NCBI GenBank assembly: GCA_964016885.1
Contig: OZ024758.1
Span: forward strand, 24,180,001-24,244,000
Length of the DNA stretch: 64,000 nucleotides
Direction: 5' to 3'
Origin: Eledone cirrhosa
Lineage: Eukaryota
The notes under the pieces are model-generated. The model was not told where the DNA came from. It saw only the letters and a list, made by a program, of their open reading frames with translations, and searched no databases. Made by a program: the position numbers and the translations under genes. The stretch's first letter is position 1; each line of letters opens with the position of its first letter. Positions 1-11,690 of the stretch are shown piece by piece.

Positions 1-33
1 AAAAGACTGTTTGAGTTTATAACTCTATATATA

Positions 34-70
<37 letters not shown>

Positions 71-74
<4 letters not shown>

Positions 75-282
75 ATATGGAAACGGCTTCTACAGGACCA
101 GAACTGTTTCATTCGAAGTAAATTATCAGGAAAGTCATGTAGAAACCATTTCTATATTAAATATTTATACTCTGCCATGTATTGAGTACCTTACTGTGGT
201 TACCCCCGGTTGAACCTGGGAATACACACATGTATACGTACAGCGGTAGTCCTAGAGAAAGAATAAAAAAAAAATTTTAAAA

Positions 283-285
<3 letters not shown>
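71..285. mobile_element. Short fold-back element in (TA)n, PLE terminus-like, with degenerate hammerhead-like core on minus strand
   Basis: Inverted arms 72-98/134-160; minus strand CTGATAA...GAAAC...GTC; ACTC-N11-GAGTAC at 169-189; same family as 33840-34076. Confidence 0.55.
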
Positions 286-318
<33 letters not shown>

Positions 319-321
<3 letters not shown>

Positions 322-780
322 GATATTAATAAATGGACACTATATTTATAAAACCATATTTATTCTATTATATATATTTCAAGGGTACCAAAACTGTGGT
401 ACGCTCTCATCAGATAAAATACAAAGTTTGTTTTATAAATATTGACCTAAGTATTGACATATCCAGGAACGAGACCTTCACGGTTCAAGTATTACCTGGA
501 TAGTTAGGTAAAACTTGAAACTATCCAGGTAAAACTTGAACCATTAAGGTCTCATTCCTGGATATGTCAATATTTATAAAAAAAACTTTGGTATGCGCTC
601 ATCAGATAAAATACAAAGTTTTGGTACCCTTGAAATATATATAATAGAATAAATATGGTTTTATAAATATAGTGTCCATTTATTAATATCATTGATATTA
701 TACTCCAGAAAACTTGTCGAGTGCTTTGAATCTGTTATAAATATATTTGTTGGATTACCACCAAATTAAATATCCCTTTG

Positions 781-782
<2 letters not shown>
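319..782. mobile_element. Palindromic PLE-terminus element (inverted pLTR-like arms) in (TA)n
   Basis: Near-perfect arms 319-395/617-692 plus inner arms; similar to 55300-55415; (TA)n on both sides. Confidence 0.7.
362..420 (-). ncRNA. Minimal type I hammerhead ribozyme
   Basis: Minus strand: ATTTTAT-CTGATGA-GAGcGTACCA cagttt TGGTACcCTT-GAAA-TATAT-ATA-ATAGAAT; stem I 7 bp, intact core, AUA triplet, palindromic stem III. Confidence 0.8.
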
Positions 783-828
<46 letters not shown>

Positions 829-976
829 GTAATATTAGATATTACTCAGTTACAAGTATGAATATAGCTCGATGTAATATATCAAGTATAATACAGAGCT
901 AGGACGAAACGGTCATTAGCTATTAAATGTTAGAAAGATTAAATACACTTTGATTATTATTTACATTGCGTGTGTA

Positions 977-1031
<55 letters not shown>

Positions 1032-1033
<2 letters not shown>

Positions 1034-1292
1034 TTGGTGTTGGATGCTTAAATCGTCCGTATGCGGTAGGCCGTATGAGCACTCGATGCTCTCATAGAGC
1101 AGAGTATGATATCACAGAAAAAAATAGGAAAATCTGCTTCGTAGAATCGAGACGTGTCCGAGGACAGCGCGATGTCAGAGTCAGGTTTGATCACCACATC
1201 GATCGTGCCTCCAGCTGGTCGCCCGAGAAACAATTGGAATATGTCCAATAAATTCCTTTCGTCGCAACACTGATTTTCTTTTTTCTGTGATA
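1032..1292 (-). mobile_element. Fold-back mini-element in (TA)n with ACTC-N17-GAGTGCT stem-loop (minus orientation)
   Basis: Arms atatcacagaaaaaa...gaaaatc / gattttc...ttctgtgatat; AGCACTC-N17-GAGT at 1078-1105. Confidence 0.5.
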
Positions 1293-1404
1293 TATATATA
1301 TGTTTAACCGGCTGAGGTTGAAGGAACAGAATAGCGGTCGCCCTCGGGCCCTCGATTTTCAGCCCCATGGATTTTATCTATTACATTCACGTATTATATT
1401 TCGA

Positions 1405-1462
1405 ATACCTGATGATATCACCGGATTCATACGGAACCCGGTCATTGAAATGATCATAGTAT
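1405..1462 (+). ncRNA. Minimal type I hammerhead ribozyme in a PLE-like 3' end (about 1300-1525)
   Basis: ATAC-CTGATGA-tATcACCGG...CCGGTcATt-GAAA-TGATC-ATA-GTAT followed by AATAAA and (TA)n; first stem II pair is T-T. Confidence 0.7.
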
Positions 1463-1548
1463 AATAAACCTTTCAAGGATTTACACAAATCCAGCCTCCT
1501 GTCATTTCATTATAATATTATATTTATATATATATATATATATATATA

Positions 1549-1780
1549 TAGGAAATGAGTCAGGACCCCGACGGCTGAGCTCCGGCCGTTTCGACAGCTA
1601 GATCCGAACTAAGCCACCAATATCAGTATTACTGGTGGCTTAGTTCAGACCTAGCTGTCGAAACGGCCGGAGCTCAGCCGTCGAGGTCCTGACTTTTTTC
1701 CTATTATCCACTCTACTACCCCAAGTATTGAGTACTCTGGTGCGTTATGGTCCGCCTGGTATCTTACCACACTCTCTTTG

Positions 1781-1781
<1 letters not shown>
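1549..1781 (+). mobile_element. Fold-back mini-element in (TA)n carrying the 3' half of a hammerhead in each arm
   Basis: Palindrome 1549-1703; right arm GTC-GAAAC-GGC...GCC-GTC; ACTC-N16-GAGTACT at 1710-1736; same family as 33414-33617. Confidence 0.65.
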
Positions 1782-1861
<80 letters not shown>

Positions 1862-1942
1862 AAAGGTAAACAGAAATAACACAATCGCTACAGTATATGG
1901 AAGGTATACATTAGGTTAACGCTTGATATAGCAGGAAGAGGG

Positions 1943-1978
1943 TCTTCACGTTTCGGACGCTAGTCCTTCATCAGAAGA
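1943..1978 (-). ncRNA. Penelope-type minimal hammerhead, probably inactive (GUG at the cleavage triplet)
   Basis: Minus strand TCTT-CTGATGA-aGGAC tagc GTCC-GAAAC-GTG-AAGA. Confidence 0.55.
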
Positions 1979-2133
1979 AAGAATGAGAAATAAAATAGAT
2001 TGAGGGGAGTGATTGATTACAGAGTCGGGCTAGATCGATACGGATTGAACCTTGAGCTGATCTATAGCGAAACGCGCGTCGCCAACCAATAAGCGTAATG
2101 AAGGAGTAACTGTTTGTCCTTGTTGTGTTGTAT

Positions 2134-2316
2134 GTGGAATGGCAGTATCGGTGGAGGGTCAGACGCCATGCTTTCCAGCATAGTTACGCCCCTTTACGAT
2201 CTGAGTTCAAATCCCGCCGAGATTGACTTTGCCTTTCATCCTTACGGGGTCGATAAAATAAAGTACCAGTAATGCACTGGATAATTGCTGGCCTTGTGCC
2301 TAAAGTAGAAACAATT
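2134..2316 (+). mobile_element. tRNA-derived SINE family A (about 190 bp; >25 copies or fragments in window)
   Basis: Box A TGGCAGTATCGGT, box B GAGTTCAAATCCC, central GCCTTTCATCCTTACGGGGTCGATAAAATAAAGTACCAG (resembles Meta-type SINE core), 3' end GTAGAAACAATT. Confidence 0.85.
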
Positions 2317-2342
2317 ATTTATATATATATATATATATATAT

Positions 2343-2682
2343 CAGGGGCGAAGGGTCCGTGCATGCAACGCATGCAGTGCATGCGTTATAGAATCTTGAG
2401 TTGATCAATTGCGTCGGTTGCTTACTAAAACGTATAGACACCAAAAAAAATAACACACACACACATACACAAACACACGACAGCTTTGGGGCAAGCAGAA
2501 TTTTGACTGCTTACTAAATCGTAGACACATAAAAAGATAACACACAGACACACTAGACAGCACTACATGCGGCTTTGACCAGGAGGGTCATTTAGAGGGA
2601 ATGGGGGGGGGGGATTGCACAGCCCCACTCTTCGCCATGGCGATTGGACTGCATGTCCTGCTTTCCAGGTTACCCTTCGCCA

Positions 2683-2685
<3 letters not shown>
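2343..2685. mobile_element. hAT-type MITE inserted in (TA)n
   Basis: TIRs CAGGGGCGAAGGGT / ACCCTTCGCCACTG. Confidence 0.7.
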
Positions 2686-2759
<74 letters not shown>

Positions 2760-2761
2760 GA

Positions 2762-2972
2762 AGGCGTGTGGCTGAGTGGTTAGAGAATTGGATTCGCAAT
2801 CGTAAGGTTGTGAGTTCGATTCTTGGACCAGGCGATGCGTTATGTCCTTGGGCAAGACACTATTTCACGTTGCTCCTTCTACCTGGAGTTGCGACCGATA
2901 GATAGTATTAGCAATTGGAAAGACCAACGGAAACATTGTTCGCTCGGTCCGATTTGACGAAAGTCGATCGTT
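2762..2972 (+). mobile_element. tRNA-derived CORE-like SINE family B
   Basis: TGGCTGAGTGGTTAGAG box A, GAGTTCGATTC box B, GTCCTTGGGCAAGACAC CORE-like block; related copies at 11362-11610(-), 11850-12170(-), 13444-13659(-), 30511-30838(+). Confidence 0.8.
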
Positions 2973-3082
2973 CCTATATATACACACACACACACACACA
3001 ATACAGACTGAAAGAAAAGCATGTACGAGCTTATGCCCGGTGTTCGTAATATGCCACAAAAATATATTTATTGCTTGGATAC

Positions 3083-3124
<42 letters not shown>

Positions 3125-3268
3125 GGTCATTGACAAACTATTAACAAAGACAGTTTGTTACCAGTAAAACAGCGCAAGAAGTGACAATTCTGTAATAGAA
3201 TATGTCAAAATGTCACTAGGAATATTAATTTGTCCAATCCTGAACCAGTTGGATGTTTCAGTCTGAAC

Positions 3269-3417
3269 TAACTTTCAATATAAGTGGCGAGTGTGCCACG
3301 TTTCTTGGCTTGCATTAACTTTCAATATAAGTGGCGAGTGTGCCACGTTTCTTGGCTTGCATTAACTTTCAATATAAGTGGCGAGTGTGCCACGTTTCTT
3401 GGCTTGCATTAACTTTC
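3269..3417. repeat. 47-bp tandem repeat x3
   Basis: taactttcaatataagtggcgagtgtgccacgtttcttggcttgcat repeated. Confidence 0.9.
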
Positions 3418-3489
3418 CAATTAGCTAACACCATGTCATATATCAACTTAGGCCTCAGCCGGTGCTGCTTTCCGACAATATTAACATAT

Positions 3490-3797
3490 CTCCACCACCA
3501 ACACCACCTACAACCACTACAACCACCACGACCAAGAGAGACAACAGTAATATATTCAGGAAATACAACACCACCACACCCACACCACCACACCATCACA
3601 TCCTCACCAACACCAAGAGAGACAAGAGTAATATATTCAGGAAATACAACACCACCACCCCCACCACACCACCAACACCCTCATCACACCACCAACACCC
3701 TCATCACACCAACACCCTACCACCACAACCACACCAACACCACACCCACCACGAGAAACAATAGTAATATATTCAGGAAAGACACCACCACCACCAG

Positions 3798-3828
<31 letters not shown>

Positions 3829-4070
3829 GAGAGAAAGAGAAAGAGAGAAAGAGAGAGAGAGGGGGAGAGAGAAAGAGAGAGAAAGAGAGAAAGAGAGACA
3901 GAGAAGGAGACAGAGAAGGAGAGAGAAAAAGAGAGAGAGAAAGAGAAAGAGAAAGAAAGAGAGAAAGAAAGAGAGAAAGAAAGAGAGAAAGAAAGAAAGA
4001 GAGAAAGAAAGAAAGAAAGAGAGAAAGAGAGAAAGAGAGAGAACAGTAATATATTCAGGAAAGACAATAC
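3490..4070. repeat. CAC-rich and GA-rich low-complexity tract with a recurring agtaatatattcaggaaa unit
   Basis: Direct inspection. Confidence 0.85.
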
Positions 4071-4171
4071 ATGATGATATTTCCAAGCGACATTAATCCT
4101 CCAATAATTAGAAATAACGATTAAATGAATTCATTAACAATATATTGCACTACAGACTCACTTAGGAGTTA

Positions 4172-4590
4172 CACCACTGCTATACCACTGCCAATACTAC
4201 TGATATACCACTGCTATACCACTGCCAATACTACTGATATACCACTGCCAATACTACTGATATACCACTGTCAATACTACTGCTATACCACTGCCAATAC
4301 TACTGATATACCACTGCTATACCACTGATATACCACTATCAATACTACTGATATACTTCTGATATACCACTGCCAATACTACTGCTATACCACTGCCAAT
4401 ACTACTGATATACCACTGTTTTACCACTGCTATACCACTGCCAATACTACTGATATACCACTGTTAATACTACTGATATACCACTGCTAAACCACTGCTA
4501 ATACTACTGATATACCACTGCCAATACTACTGCTATACCACTGCTAATACTACTGCTATACCACTGCTAATACTACTGATATACCACTAG
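4172..4590. repeat. Degenerate ataccactg/atactactg minisatellite
   Basis: Direct inspection. Confidence 0.9.
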
Positions 4591-5833
4591 ACAATGCTGT
4601 CCTGATACATTAGACAATATTGTCCTATCTATACAAAGATGATCTGATACATTAGACAATGTAGTCCTATCTATACAAAGTTGATCTTATACATCAGACA
4701 ATGTAGTCCTATCTATACAAAGTTGATCTTATACATTAGGCAATGTAGTCCTATCTATACAAAGATGATCTGATACATTAGACAATGTAGTCCTATCTAT
4801 ACAAAGATGATCTGATACATTAGACAATGTAGTCCTATCTATACAAAGTTGATCTTATACATTAGGCAATGTAGTCCTATCTATACAAAGATGATCTGAT
4901 ACATTAGACAATGTAGTCCTATCTATACAAAGATGATCTGATACATTAGACAATGTAGTCCTATCTATACAAAGATGATCTGATACATTAGACAATGTAG
5001 TCCTATCTATACAAAGTTGATCTTATACATCAGACAATGTAGTCCTATCTATACAAAGTTGATCTTATACATTAGGCAATGTAGTCCTATCTATACAAAG
5101 ATGATCTGATACATTAGACAATGTAGTCCTATCTATACAAAGATGATCTGATACATTAGACAATGTAGTCCTATCTATACAAAGTTGATCTTATACATTA
5201 GGCAATGTAGTCCTATCTATACAAAGATGATCTGATACATTAGACAATGTAGTCCTATCTATACAAAGATGATCTGATACATTAGACAATGTAGTCCTAT
5301 CTATACAAAGATGATCTGATACATTAGACAATGTAGTCCTATCTATACAAAGTTGATCTTATACATCAGACAATGTAGTCCTATCTATACAAAGTTGATC
5401 TTATACATTAGGCAATGTAGTCCTATCTATACAAAGATGATCTGATACATTAGACAATGTAGTCCTATCTATACAAAGATGATCTGATACATTAGACAAT
5501 GTAGTCCTATCTATACAAAGTTGATCTTATACATTAGGCAATGTAGTCCTATCTATACAAAGATGATCTGATACATTAGACAATGTAGTCCTATCTATAC
5601 AAAGATGATCTGATACATTAGACAATGTAGTCCTATCTATACAAAGATGATCTGATACATTAGACAATGTAGTCCTATCTATACAAAGTTGATCTTATAC
5701 ATCAGACAATGTAGTCCTATCTATACAAAGTTGATCTTATACATCAGGCAATGTAGTCCTATCTATACAAAGTTGATCTTATTCGTTAGACAATGTTGTC
5801 CTATCTATACAAAGTTGATCTTATACATTAGAC
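4590..5833. repeat. 42-bp satellite with a 336-bp (8-mer) higher-order repeat
   Basis: Unit atacattagacaatgtagtcctatctatacaaagatgatctg; variant catcaga recurs at 4692, 5028, 5364, 5700. Confidence 0.95.
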
Positions 5834-7514
5834 TACAGGTTCTCAATCCATTTTAGCCAAACGCCCCCCTTTGTCCCTTGAAATCACAAAACGCCCCCTA
5901 CCATATTTTTCCATATACTACTGATTTTGATATCAGTAGATTACTAAAAAATTGATTAACAATATTCATGCAGCTGAGAGTATAAATACATTCCTTGAAA
6001 GGAAATATATAAATTTCAAAAAAAAAGGAACATAAATGTTCTTTTTTATGAATAAGGACCAGTTGAATTTGTTATATTCCCACCAGGCGATACCAGCTAT
6101 TTTGAACATTTATACAAGAGCAACTCTGTCTATCCCAAGAGTGCTCTTATCTGGAAGAAAGTGGCAATTATATTATTTTAAAGTTTTCCAATTTTCCCTT
6201 TAATGAAACGGACAGAATAAATGTTGATATCAAACTTGATGTCCCCCTGCTTTGTGAGCTTAGAGGCCACGGAAGAGGGTTTTCATGACCACGCGGGAGG
6301 ATATATTTATTAATAAATGGTAAAATATATACAACAAATGAGTAATTGAATTGTAGTAGATGGTTTCCAGTCCAGTCAGACTGCAACTACAAATAAAAAA
6401 ATTGTTAGTTTGCTTTGTAACAATAGCATATCCAAGTTTTCGTATAAATCAACTTACTTTAACTTTGACCTTATTTCAATGAGACCCTTGAGCTTCATGG
6501 AGTCTAGTTAACTCGTTGACATGAGGCTGAATTTTCCTAAGATGTAGCCAGAGATCTCCACGTGTAATTACATTGTAGCGGTTGTGAGCCTTACAGTGCA
6601 GTCTGGAAACAACACCAAGCCTCCTCTCGACTAAGTATGAACTTGGAAAAGGCAGAGCAAATCTCTTAGCCTCTGCATGTAGGTGTGGAAATCAACGCTG
6701 AATTTCCTCTTGCATCCCAAAAAGGGGTTCACCTATTTTGGCAAATCTAATTTTGATCATGTCATCTGCTTGACTTCAATGAATTCTTCCTGAAATTTAA
6801 CGTCCAAATCGTCGACGTTAGCTATGAAAGCATCTGCTATCCACATTGGGATGTCCATCGGCAAAAGGTCGACAAACCGTTCTCTCATGTTGTCTTGTAG
6901 CGCACGGAGGTGAGTGGTATAAATTTGGAGTTGGTCATCGCTTACAATGTTTTGAACATTGGCGACACTAGGAAAATTATAGAATTCCCGTCAACAAAGA
7001 TTCCTTTCGATGACATTCAATTTGGCCAGGAATGTTTTCACAGCATTCCTTGATTTAAGCAAGGTGATCTTCTTCCCCTGCAAAGCCAAAATGACTCTAT
7101 TGCATTTGTCGACGATGTCGGTGAGGTAGGCACAGTCTTGCCTCACATCGAGGGTTTTCTTGTACAGTTCTGTGTTGCGTCCTCGCAGAAACTCAATGAT
7201 AGAGTGGAAGAGTTCAAAGAAGTGAGTAAAGCACTTGCCCTTTGAAAGCCACCTCACTTCAGTATGAAGGAGCAACTTGACGAATTCTTCGTCATTATCT
7301 TGGCATAGTTGCTGGAAAATTCGTTCATTGAGGGAATGCCATTTGATAAAATTGATGACATCAATGGCCACCTGAATTTCTTCGCAGCCAAGTGTTGTCG
7401 ATGAATGACACAATGAACAGCAAATACAGATAGATTTTCTCTCTTCAGAAGAGTGACGAAGCCCTTATGCTGGCCGACCATTGCTCTTGCGTCGTCCGTA
7501 GCACATGAAACAAT
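5834..7514 (-). mobile_element. Decayed hAT transposon, Buster/Charlie (ZBED5/SCAND3-like), 3' half only
   Basis: TIR-like (TACA)GGTTCTCAA preceded by an 8-mer with central TA (cattagac); transposase remnant inside. Confidence 0.85.
6476..7514 (-). pseudogene. Frameshifted hAT Buster-type transposase
   Basis: TDDARAMVG, HCVIHRQHLAAK (CxxH), HTEVRWLSKG, FPSSYLVE and terminal HEAQGSH* motifs split by frameshifts and stops. Confidence 0.9.
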
Positions 7515-8435
7515 GTGTGTTGTATGTGGTCCTAGATGTATGTATTACCTGCCTGTGTGTTGTATGTAGTCCTAGATGTATGTATTACCTACTTGTGTGT
7601 TGTATGTAGTCCTAGATGTATGTATTACCTACTTGTGTGTTGTATGTAGTCCTAGATGTATGTATTACCTGCTTGTGTGTTGTATGTAGTCCTAGATGTA
7701 TGTATTACCTACTTGTGTGTTGTATGTAGTCCTAGATGTATGTATTACCTACTTGTGTGTTGTATGTAGTCCTAGATGTATGTATTACCTACTTGTGTGT
7801 TGTATGTAGTCCTAGATGTATGTATTACCTACTTGTGTGTTGTATGTAGTCCTAGATGTATGTATTACCTGCTTGTGTGTTGTATGTAGTCCTAGATGTA
7901 TGTATTACCTACTTGTGTGTTGTATGTAGTCCTAGATGTATGTATTACCTGCTTGTGTGTTGTATGTAGTCCTAGATGTATGTATTACCTACTTGTGTGT
8001 TGTATGTAGTCCTAGATGTATGTATTACCTACTTGTGTGTTGTATGTAGTCCTAGATGTATGTATTACCTACTTGTGTGTTGTATGTAGTCCTAGATGTA
8101 TGTATTACCTACTTGTGTGTTGTATGTAGTCCTAGATGTATGTATTACCTAATTGTGTTGTATGCGGTCCTAGATGTTTGTATTACCTGATGATGTGTTG
8201 TATGTGGTCTTAGATGTTTGTATTACCTGCTTATGTGTTGTATGTGGTCCTAGATGTATGTATTACCTGCCTGTGTGTTTTATGTGGTCCTAGATGTGTG
8301 TGTGCTACCTCCTTATGTGTTGCATGTGGTCCTAGATGTGTGTATTACCTGCTTATGTGTTGTATGTGGTCTTAGATGTGTGTATTACCTGCTTATGTGT
8401 TTTATGTGGTCCTAGATGTGTGTGCTACCCGCTTG
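7515..8435. repeat. 40-bp satellite, degenerating at the right end
   Basis: Unit tgtatgtagtcctagatgtatgtattacctacttgtgtgt. Confidence 0.95.
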
Positions 8436-8759
8436 TGTTTTCTTTCTTTTTTTTTATTTGTAATATTATTTATACAATAGGGAATAAAATAGATCTACAT
8501 AGTGTTAACTCGTTACGGTTGAGTCAATAATTTCAGACATGAAATACATTGTTATCGGTGAAGGAAAGATAAGATTCTAACTGGCTGCGCTCAAAGAGTT
8601 CTTGACCCAGATGACTGTGGGGTTTTGCATTTTTAGGATCCCAATTACCGGTTAATGTCTAGACACGCCTGCACACCTGCTCACAGCTGCGGTCAGACTA
8701 TAGTTATGCTGTCTGCAAGCTCATTCAAATGCATTCACACTGGCTGTCTCAAAGACATA

Positions 8760-8930
8760 CAAATATGGCTTATAAAACTCACCAAAGTAAAGAGTCTTCC
8801 AGCGCCCATAGGCCTGAGCTGGCCAGCCGCAGGTGTGGACGGAGTTGGAGCGGCTCTTCCAATGCGTCTCCCTTGCCGTCCTCCGGGAGAACGCCTTCGC
8901 CATTCTGTCCGCCGGGGCTGTGGGAGGGCC
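8760..8930 (-). pseudogene. Possible decayed tyrosine-recombinase C-terminus (DIRS/Ngaro-like)
   Basis: Minus strand RIGRAA...YGRWKT across a frameshift resembles HSFRIGAAT...GRWxS; 8885-8930 is similar to 28285-28330. Confidence 0.35.
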
Positions 8931-9959
8931 CCATCGCGTAACATTCCATATTTAGGTATCTGTGTTCTCACACGTAGACACATGTCCTTTACCATAGTGT
9001 TGTGTCCCTAAACGAAGTCTCCTTTAATAGCTACAATGTAATGTGTCTGCAGTGTGAATACAATGAGATATGATTAAGATGAGAATGACATTATACATCA
9101 GACAATGTGCTCCTCTCTTACATAAAGTTGGTCCGATACCTTGAACAACGGAGTCCTATATATACAGAAGACTGAAAGGTCACGGCTGGAGTTTCTTTAA
9201 TTTTAAACAAACTCATCAACACCAACACTAACACGACACACACCACCACCACCATCACTATCAGCATCATCTTCAACACCATCACCACCAACACCACCAT
9301 CATCACCAACAACACCAACACCATCAACACCACCATCATCATCATCATCATCGTCATCTCCATTATTTTAATTTTACACTAATGAGCGAAAATAATTGCA
9401 TCTCATTTTGAAACTGTAAATAAAGAAATATTTAATTTAATTTTATTTTATTTCCGATGTTGTTGAAAGTTATGTGGCTGGCCTTGTTGTTGTTGTCGTT
9501 GGTGGTGGTGGTGGTGGTATTGTTGGTGTTGTTGGTGTTGTCTTCTCACTATGTCCTATGTCTTTTGTATTGTTTTGTTGTTGAATATGTTTTTTTGTTT
9601 TTTTGTAATAAATAAAAACAAAAAAATGATTCCCCAGCAAGAGACAAAAGGAAATCAGAATATGTCCAGTCATAGCAACGTATTCATTAATCAGATATAA
9701 TGTCTGCGTTGATAAGCTCTACTGATAAACTGCCACAAACTCGAGTGAGTGTTTATATCAGCAACGAATTGATATATTCAATTACTGTGACATCGCAAAT
9801 ACCCTCATGAGGTTAGTTTCTGATTTAGGCACAAGGCCAGCAATTTTGAGAGAGGTTTCATGGCGTGAAGCTACTGAGAGTACAAGACTTTCCATGCACA
9901 GGACGCCAGTCCATCGCAGAGTTAACCCCCCAGCTATTGCTGGTACTCATTTTTAGCTG

Positions 9960-10670
9960 CATTACTGGTACTTTATTTTATCGACCCCGTAAGGATGAAA
10001 GGTAAAGTTAACCTCAGCGGGATTTGAACTCAGAACTTAAAGGGCCTTAACTATGCCATAAAACATGGCGTCAGACGCTATACCAATACTGCTAATCCAC
10101 TGCCCTCAAATATCTTATAATATCAAAACAATAATTGAATAGCTAATCGATAAAGAATTTTCTACTTTTGGCATAAGTGCAGCAATTTTGAGGGAGGAGA
10201 AGGGAAAGTAGACTAAATCAACCCCAGAGCATTACTGGTACTGGTATTTTATCGATCCCGTAAGGATGAAAGGCAAAGCTAACCTCGACAGGATTTGAAC
10301 TCAGACCGTAAAGGGACGTAACTCTGCTGTAAAGCATGTGAGACGCTATACCGATACTGGCAATCCACTGCCCTCAAATATCCCATAATATCAAGATAAT
10401 TGAATAACTAATCGATAAATAATTGTTTCTACTTTTGGCACAAGGCCAGCAATTACCCCAGTGCATTACTGGTACTTTATTTCATCGACCCCGTAAGGAT
10501 GAAAGGCAAAGTCAACCTCGGCGGGATTTGAACTCACATCGTAAAGGGCCGTAACTATGCTGGAAAGCATGTCAGACGCTCTACCAATACTGCTAATCCA
10601 CCATTAAGACAATTGTTTCTACTTTAGGCACAAGGCCAGCAAATACCCAGTGCATTACTGGTACTTTATT
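9960..10670 (-). mobile_element. Cluster of 3-4 SINE A copies
   Basis: Repeated reverse complements of the SINE A core. Confidence 0.85.
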
Positions 10671-11010
10671 AAGATAATGATAAACAATGATTGATGTAGC
10701 TATCGTCCATTTGTTCAGCACAAGATTTTTACTGAAATCCTAATAATTTTGTTGATAATTTCTCCTTCAAAAAGTTATTGATACGAAAATAATTAATATT
10801 ATAATTTTATGATTATATTCTTTGACATGACACAAAGCCAATATTTGCAAGAAAGGACATTGTTGTCGTTAGTGTTGTTGTTGTCGTCGTTGTTATTATT
10901 ATTGTTGTTTAACCAGGGGTCAACCTTGGTGGAGCAGATCTATGATCAAAGATATTCTAATTGCAACCATCTCATCTTTAACCCTTCCCGGATAGAGTGT
11001 GTTTAGGGCT

Positions 11011-11192
11011 TGGCAGTATCGGTAGAGGTGTCGGACGCCATGCTTTATGGCATAGAGTTACGGCCCTTTACGGTTTGAGTTCAAATCCCGCCGAGGTTAA
11101 CTTTGCCTTTCATCCTTACGGGGGTCGATAAAATAAAGTACCAGTAATGTACTGGGATAATTGCTGGCCTTGTGCCAAAAGTAGAAACAATT
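11011..11192 (+). mobile_element. SINE A
   Basis: Matches family A. Confidence 0.85.
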
Positions 11193-11690
11193 ATATTTAC
11201 AACGACAGGGTGAGATCTGTTGGGAAATCTAGTTGCTATTTCTAGCAGCTCGAGTAAAAGGGTTAGAAAATTTTGGGTAAAACGACCCCAGTATACTGCT
11301 GGTCATAATTTGTTGATGTTAGATAGGTCTAAAGTCTGTGTAACGCCATTTAAGGCTCGTTAGGCCGGTGCTTATCTCGGTTTCATGGCGTGAAGCGACA
11401 GAGTACAAGACTCCCCCCTGGACAGGACGCCAGTCCATCATAGGGTTAAACCCCTAGCTATTTCTGGTACTCATTTTCAGCTGAGTATACTGGAGCAACG
11501 TGAAATGAAGTGTTTTGCTGAAGAACACAACACGCAACCCAGTCCAGGAATCGAACCCACGACATTATGATCGTAAGTCCAACACCCTTACCACTAGACC
11601 ACGTACCTCCATCTTATAGAGATAAAAGGTATAATTCACTTCTGTTATTTGAATTCAAAGCAGTGGATTACTATTACTGAACTAGATATA

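Noticed and set aside
2134-2225. tRNA genes
   Set aside because: Box A/B heads belong to SINEs; no full cloverleaf or acceptor stem, and they run into SINE bodies
3331-4074. 247-aa His/Thr- and Glu/Arg-rich ORF
   Set aside because: Built entirely from the 47-bp repeat and CAC/GA simple repeats
8539-8580. MKYIVIGEG as the missing Rossmann-fold first exon
   Set aside because: Stop after 13 codons, no GxGxxG completion and no suitable donor
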